The notes beneath the pieces were generated by a model, which worked only from the letters and a program-made list of their open reading frames with translations, was not told the DNA's origin and made no database searches. Shown here piece by piece: positions 61,601 to 64,000 of a DNA stretch of 64,000 bases; position 1 is the stretch's first letter, and each line of letters opens with the position of its first letter. The translations under genes were made by a program, and so were the position numbers. This stretch comes from Rhina ancylostomus (lineage: Eukaryota), in contig JARFYF010000104.1 in assembly GCA_030265395.1 (NCBI GenBank), forward strand, positions 62,587,799 to 62,651,798. Direction: 5' to 3'.

Positions 61601-63489
61601 GACTTAAATGCTGGATGAAACTCAAACACCTTCATTGAAGTTAAATTCTTGGGGCAAATTTCTGCAGGTAAATCGGCCAAACCAAAAAAAAAATTCTAGA
61701 TTTTTTTTTATAATTCCAATTCTTGATCAAAATCAACACAATTTTATAGTGTCACTAAAACAGCATATCAATACATTGTGTAAAGAAACAATGCTATGTT
61801 TTAATTTCTGTTTGTAAGGATATGGGTATCTCTAAAATTGACACATCATACAGATATATCAAGCAATTAGAAAGGCAAGAAGTACATTGGCCTTTATTGC
61901 AAGAGGATTGAACAGAAGAGCAAAGATGTCTTGTTCCAGTTGTGTGGCTTTGGTGAGACTATCTGGATATCATACAGGTCTGGTTCCACCTAGCCAAGGA
62001 CATACTTGTGATTGCGTGCAGCAAAAGTACTGCAGATTGATTTTTGGGATTGTGGGTTTGTCATTACAAGGAAATTAAAACAAACTGACTCAGTGGAATA
62101 GATGCTGGGATGATTTTCCTTGGGCTAGGGAAATCTAGAACTAGGAGGCAGTGTTTCACAATAATGAGTCAGCCATTTAAGACAGATCAGAATTTTGCCC
62201 CACTAGGTAGTGAATGCTGGGATTCTCTACCCCAGGAGGGTTGTCAAGCAAATTCAAAATACTAGGTACTTAAAGAAGGGAATCGCCTTAATGCAAGGGA
62301 GACAGACACTGGGGTAAAGTGACNNNNNNNNNNNNNNNNNNNNNNNNNNNNNNNNNAGAGTAGACACAGAGCTAAATTGCCTGCTGCTGCAAAGACTTGG
62401 TAGGATAAATACCAAGTATTGAAGACCACTAGGGGTGTCTCACCTAGCCACAAAGTGGTCAGTTATTTAGGACAAAGCTGTTGGATGGGCAGTTATTGCC
62501 CAAACTCAAAATATTGCTGGAATTTGGCCTCTAGAGGCATTTATTTCCACTTTCCCAAGCCATCAAGACCAACTATGATCTACGGTAAAGTGAAGGCTTC
62601 TGCTGCAGTTATATTGCCATGAAACAGATTGTCAAAATGTAGTATAGTTGAATCTTGAGTGTAAGCAATAAAATCAAAAAGTTAACAGGCAAATAGTTAA
62701 GGTGGAAAATTGCCCTTTATTGAAAAAGCGAGCCGAATTTTAGAAATAAGGAAGTTTTATTACAATCGCACAGGGCACTGGCAAGGTCACTCCTGGGGTA
62801 CTGTACACAATTTGGACAAGGGGACCAAAAAAAAAGAGATAGTAGCATTGGAGGCAGTCCAAAAGAGATTTACCAAGCTAAATCCTGGGATGCAAGTGTC
62901 ATCCTGCAAAGAGGACAAGTGGTTGCGTCCACTTTTTTTTGGAGTTAAGAACAAGGAATGATCTTGTTGAAGTACTCAAAATCCCTGAGGTGGTGTAACA
63001 GGGCAAATGTCAAGATGCTCTCACTTGTGGGAGGGTCTCAAATATGGGGACAGTTTTGAGGCAAGGTGCCAGTCATTTAAAGCCAGAGGTTCATACAAGT
63101 TCCCTCACAAAGGATAGTAAATTTCTGGAATTCTCTACCCCAGAGAGTTGGAATTCATTACAAGTATAAAGCAGCTATGGATAATTCAAGAAAAAAAGGG
63201 AATGGAGAGCTATGGGAATCTGGAAAAGTCACTAAGGCTTGGGGTAGATTAGCCAAGATCATATTGAATGGTAGGGCAGGCTTGAGGGGACAGGCAAGCT
63301 ACACCTGCACCTATCGTGTGCAAAGTGATCTAGAAAGCTTCCATTTCTGCCAAACATTATACTCACGACAGACTTCTGGACTTTCATCTGACCCATCTTC
63401 ACAGTCAGGTGTGCCGTCACATTCCCATTTACTGGGCACACAATGTCCACTGCGGCATACGAACTCAGAAGTTCCACATGTAACCTGAA
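25511..63489 (-). CDS. VLDLR: VLDLR-family receptor with triplicated ectodomain module (41 exons in window, 5'-partial, ~2090 aa); probable chondrichthyan VLDLR paralogue / vitellogenin-receptor candidate
   Basis: All exons join in frame with AG/GT (two GC) sites. Propeller exon sizes of 172/222-225/119/140/136-142 bp match the LDLR/VLDLR gene plan. LDLa sequences resemble VLDLR LA2-LA8 ([22 protein letters not shown]). There is only one TM/tail, at 25511-25883. The symbol denotes the family; the exact paralogue is uncertain. Confidence 0.9.
25812..25883 (-). CDS. Juxtamembrane exon plus start of TM
   Basis: ctttttag/ [24 protein letters not shown] /gtaag; 72 bp. Confidence 0.85.
26299..26400 (-). 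CDS. Ser/Thr/Pro-containing stalk exon (O-linked sugar domain-like)
   Basis: Strong acceptor (ttcctttacag); [34 protein letters not shown]; weak donor G/gtagta; 102 bp, phase 1-1. Confidence 0.6.
27185..27325 (-). CDS. Module 3 exon: EGF-C
   Basis: [47 protein letters not shown]; 141 bp. Confidence 0.9.
27847..27982 (-). CDS. Module 3 exon: YWTD part 5
   Basis: [21 protein letters not shown]...IYHELIQIP; 136 bp. Confidence 0.9.
28216..28355 (-). CDS. Module 3 exon: YWTD part 4
   Basis: [23 protein letters not shown]...[11 protein letters not shown]; 140 bp. Confidence 0.92.
28431..28549 (-). CDS. Module 3 exon: YWTD part 3
   Basis: [20 protein letters not shown]...VEWPKGIAL; 119 bp. Confidence 0.92.
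29086..29307 (-). CDS. Module 3 exon: YWTD part 2
   Basis: [24 protein letters not shown]; 222 bp. Confidence 0.92.
29804..29975 (-). CDS. Module 3 exon: YWTD part 1
   Basis: [24 protein letters not shown]...RIFWADV; 172 bp. Confidence 0.92.
30690..30815 (-). CDS. Module 3 exon: EGF-B (GC donor)
   Basis: [30 protein letters not shown]; 126 bp; donor ATAG/gcgagt. Confidence 0.88.
   Translation of the reverse strand: MLMNATILDLAVKFVLIQMEATNVNVMQVTLWIQLMEFARQ
31206..31325 (-). CDS. Module 3 exon: EGF-A
   Basis: [39 protein letters not shown]; 120 bp. Confidence 0.92.
31794..31910 (-). CDS. Module 3 exon: LDLa (LA8)
   Basis: [38 protein letters not shown]; 117 bp. Confidence 0.9.
33047..33169 (-). 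CDS. Module 3 exon: LDLa (LA7)
   Basis: [38 protein letters not shown]; 123 bp. Confidence 0.9.
33835..35990 (-). mobile_element. Old CR1 LINE (endonuclease to 3' end) in a module 3 intron
   Basis: [12 protein letters not shown] (APE C-terminus), WQME.NM.KC..IHFG and CR1 3' features; heavily decayed. Confidence 0.7.
34865..34952. repeat. Perfect 44-bp tandem duplication
   Basis: gtttttaatccatttccaagactctgacaccttgggattttaat x2. Confidence 0.9.
36030..36496 (-). CDS. Module 3 exon: three LDLa (LA4-6), interrupted by a 100-N assembly gap
   Basis: LDLa coding sequence on both sides of gap 36275-36374. Confidence 0.85.
37275..37397 (-). CDS. Module 3 exon: LDLa (LA3)
   Basis: [40 protein letters not shown]; 123 bp. 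Confidence 0.9.
37877..37996 (-). CDS. Module 3 exon: LDLa (LA2-like), first exon of module 3
   Basis: [39 protein letters not shown]; 120 bp. Confidence 0.9.
38404..38556 (-). CDS. Module 2 exon: EGF-C
   Basis: [23 protein letters not shown]...[16 protein letters not shown]; exon ends at 38404 or 38410, both phase 1. Confidence 0.85.
39256..39394 (-). CDS. Module 2 exon: YWTD part 5
   Basis: [23 protein letters not shown]...HHELTQP; 139 bp. Confidence 0.9.
40273..40412 (-). CDS. Module 2 exon: YWTD part 4 (GC donor)
   Basis: [23 protein letters not shown]...[11 protein letters not shown]; 140 bp; donor GAG/gcaagt. Confidence 0.88.
40513..40631 (-). CDS. Module 2 exon: YWTD part 3
   Basis: [20 protein letters not shown]...IEWPHGIAL; 119 bp. 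Confidence 0.92.
41152..41376 (-). CDS. Module 2 exon: YWTD part 2
   Basis: [22 protein letters not shown]; 225 bp. Confidence 0.92.
41990..42800 (+). mobile_element. Highly decayed CR1 RT fragment
   Basis: tggaagttaatctagacaaatgcaagattatgcatt and related CR1 remnants. Confidence 0.55.
43291..43462 (-). CDS. Module 2 exon: YWTD part 1
   Basis: [19 protein letters not shown]...IFWADL; 172 bp. Confidence 0.92.
43775..43900 (-). CDS. Module 2 exon: EGF-B
   Basis: [30 protein letters not shown]; 126 bp. Confidence 0.92.
44281..44397 (-). CDS. Module 2 exon: EGF-A
   Basis: [38 protein letters not shown]; 117 bp. Confidence 0.9.
44745..46250 (+). mobile_element. CR1 LINE ORF2 remnant
   Basis: [33 protein letters not shown] and YINDL motifs with frameshifts. 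Confidence 0.9.
46403..46522 (-). CDS. Module 2 exon: LDLa (LA8)
   Basis: [37 protein letters not shown]; 120 bp. Confidence 0.9.
47757..47879 (-). CDS. Module 2 exon: LDLa (LA7)
   Basis: [38 protein letters not shown]; 123 bp. Confidence 0.9.
48211..48585 (-). CDS. Module 2 exon: three LDLa (LA4-6)
   Basis: ORF 48203..48598; 375 bp. Confidence 0.93.
49063..49182 (-). CDS. Module 2 exon: LDLa (LA3-like), first exon of module 2
   Basis: [39 protein letters not shown](C); 120 bp. Confidence 0.9.
49517..49660 (-). CDS. Module 1 exon: EGF-C
   Basis: [21 protein letters not shown]...[17 protein letters not shown]; 144 bp. Confidence 0.9.
50410..50551 (-). CDS. Module 1 exon: YWTD propeller part 5
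   Basis: [21 protein letters not shown]...IYHELIQP; 142 bp. Confidence 0.92.
51556..51695 (-). CDS. Module 1 exon: YWTD propeller part 4
   Basis: [22 protein letters not shown]...AVFE; 140 bp. Confidence 0.92.
51772..51890 (-). CDS. Module 1 exon: YWTD propeller part 3
   Basis: [39 protein letters not shown]; 119 bp. Confidence 0.92.
52461..52685 (-). CDS. Module 1 exon: YWTD propeller part 2
   Basis: [24 protein letters not shown]; 225 bp. Confidence 0.92.
53124..53295 (-). CDS. Module 1 exon: YWTD propeller part 1
   Basis: [15 protein letters not shown]...RIFWADL; 172 bp. Confidence 0.92.
53693..53818 (-). CDS. Module 1 exon: EGF-B (Ca-binding)
   Basis: [42 protein letters not shown]; 126 bp. 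Confidence 0.92.
53902..54021 (-). CDS. Module 1 exon: EGF-A
   Basis: [39 protein letters not shown]; 120 bp. Confidence 0.92.
56511..56624 (-). CDS. Module 1 exon: LDLa (LA8)
   Basis: [37 protein letters not shown]; 114 bp. Confidence 0.9.
56706..56828 (-). CDS. Module 1 exon: LDLa (LA7)
   Basis: [38 protein letters not shown]; 123 bp. Confidence 0.9.
57274..57645 (-). CDS. Module 1 exon: three LDLa (LA4-6)
   Basis: [13 protein letters not shown]...[10 protein letters not shown]; 372 bp open. Confidence 0.92.
57690..57867 (+). mobile_element. L1-clade LINE ORF2 C-terminal fragment
   Basis: [34 protein letters not shown] resembles fish L1 ORF2; an AT-rich L1-like 3' tail is at ~60040-60415. 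Confidence 0.55.
58975..59430 (-). mobile_element. Rex1/Babar-like LINE 3' end
   Basis: [48 protein letters not shown] followed by a 3' UTR ending aataaa. Confidence 0.8.
60445..60708 (-). mobile_element. tRNA-derived V-SINE with non-CR1 tail
   Basis: B box (gggttcaattcc), V-core, tail ...tcgatgtacatgtgactaataaag. Confidence 0.8.
61120..61357 (+). mobile_element. tRNA-derived V-SINE (same family as 60445)
   Basis: ggcacagtagtgtagtggttag...gggttcaattcc...V-core. Confidence 0.8.
61406..61528 (-). CDS. Module 1 exon: LDLa (LA3-like)
   Basis: [40 protein letters not shown]; 123 bp. Confidence 0.92.
61860..62260 (+). mobile_element. Decayed CR1 3' fragment
   Basis: LAFIARG..; tggaattctctacccc-like 3' region. 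Confidence 0.6.
62680..63310 (+). mobile_element. Decayed CR1 3' fragment
   Basis: [16 protein letters not shown]; 3' UTR-like end just before the LDLa exon donor. Confidence 0.7.
63367..63489 (-). CDS. Module 1 exon: LDLa (VLDLR LA2-like)
   Basis: [39 protein letters not shown]; cag/gtgagt; 123 bp. Confidence 0.9.
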
Positions 63490-64000
63490 CTGTGGAAAGA
63501 ATATATACCATTGAAACAGCAGGACAGAACCATCTTACTGCACTAATCATTTCTCCACACAACTACCCCAATCTACAAGTGTTTTAATTGACTTAACTCA
63601 TTAAAGCAAGAACTCCCAACAATACATTTATAGGTTGACCTAATTTGCAAATTTTGCATTCCAACCATTTCCAATGATGTCAACACTTAAGTTCCAAGTC
63701 TTTTTGAAAAAAAGAATGCAAGCAAAGAGCACTACGAATAAATACCAGAAGTGGAGGGACTTGAAGCTCAATTGTTCCTGTTTAAGTGGTGGTCAAGGAG
63801 AAATGTCACTAGTGTTTAAAGTTTTGGTGGGGGTGGAGGGGGGGTGGTGTTGGTGGTTAAAGGGAAAAAAGTCAGTCAAGAAACAAGAAACAGGCAAATT
63901 ATAGGTGGATGGCATGGATTCAATTGCAGCTTTAAATGGCAGAAGTGGCTAATTTCTCTCCCCTTCCCCACACCACAGAATCTCAAGATAGGATTAACTA

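Noticed and set aside
27185-63489. Three separate tandem VLDLR/LDLR genes or pseudogenes
   Set aside because: Modules 1 and 2 have no TM or tail, modules 2 and 3 have no signal exon, the junction introns are only ~330-410 bp and in frame, and no exon has a stop.
27185-63489. LRP1/LRP2/LRP4/LRP5-6 or SORL1 identity
   Set aside because: Each module follows the VLDLR exon plan with one propeller per LDLa cluster; those genes have different domain orders.

Overview
Vertebrate genomic DNA, most likely from a cartilaginous fish (inferred from the V-SINE/HE1-type SINEs, CR1, Penelope and Rex1-like LINE remnants); draft assembly with many N gaps. Positions 25511-63489 on the minus strand carry 41 exons, reconstructed by hand, of ONE in-frame VLDLR-family receptor (~2090 aa inside the window; the 5' end lies beyond 64000). 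Its whole ectodomain module (LDLa cluster + EGF-A/B + YWTD propeller + EGF-C) occurs three times in tandem, with >=7, 6 and 7 LDLa repeats. The modules are followed by a single O-linked-like exon, a TM segment and a very short tail ending FENPAFQSN*. Positions 1-25400 hold only repeats and non-coding DNA. Exon coordinates come from manual reading of splice sites and are not confirmed by transcript data.
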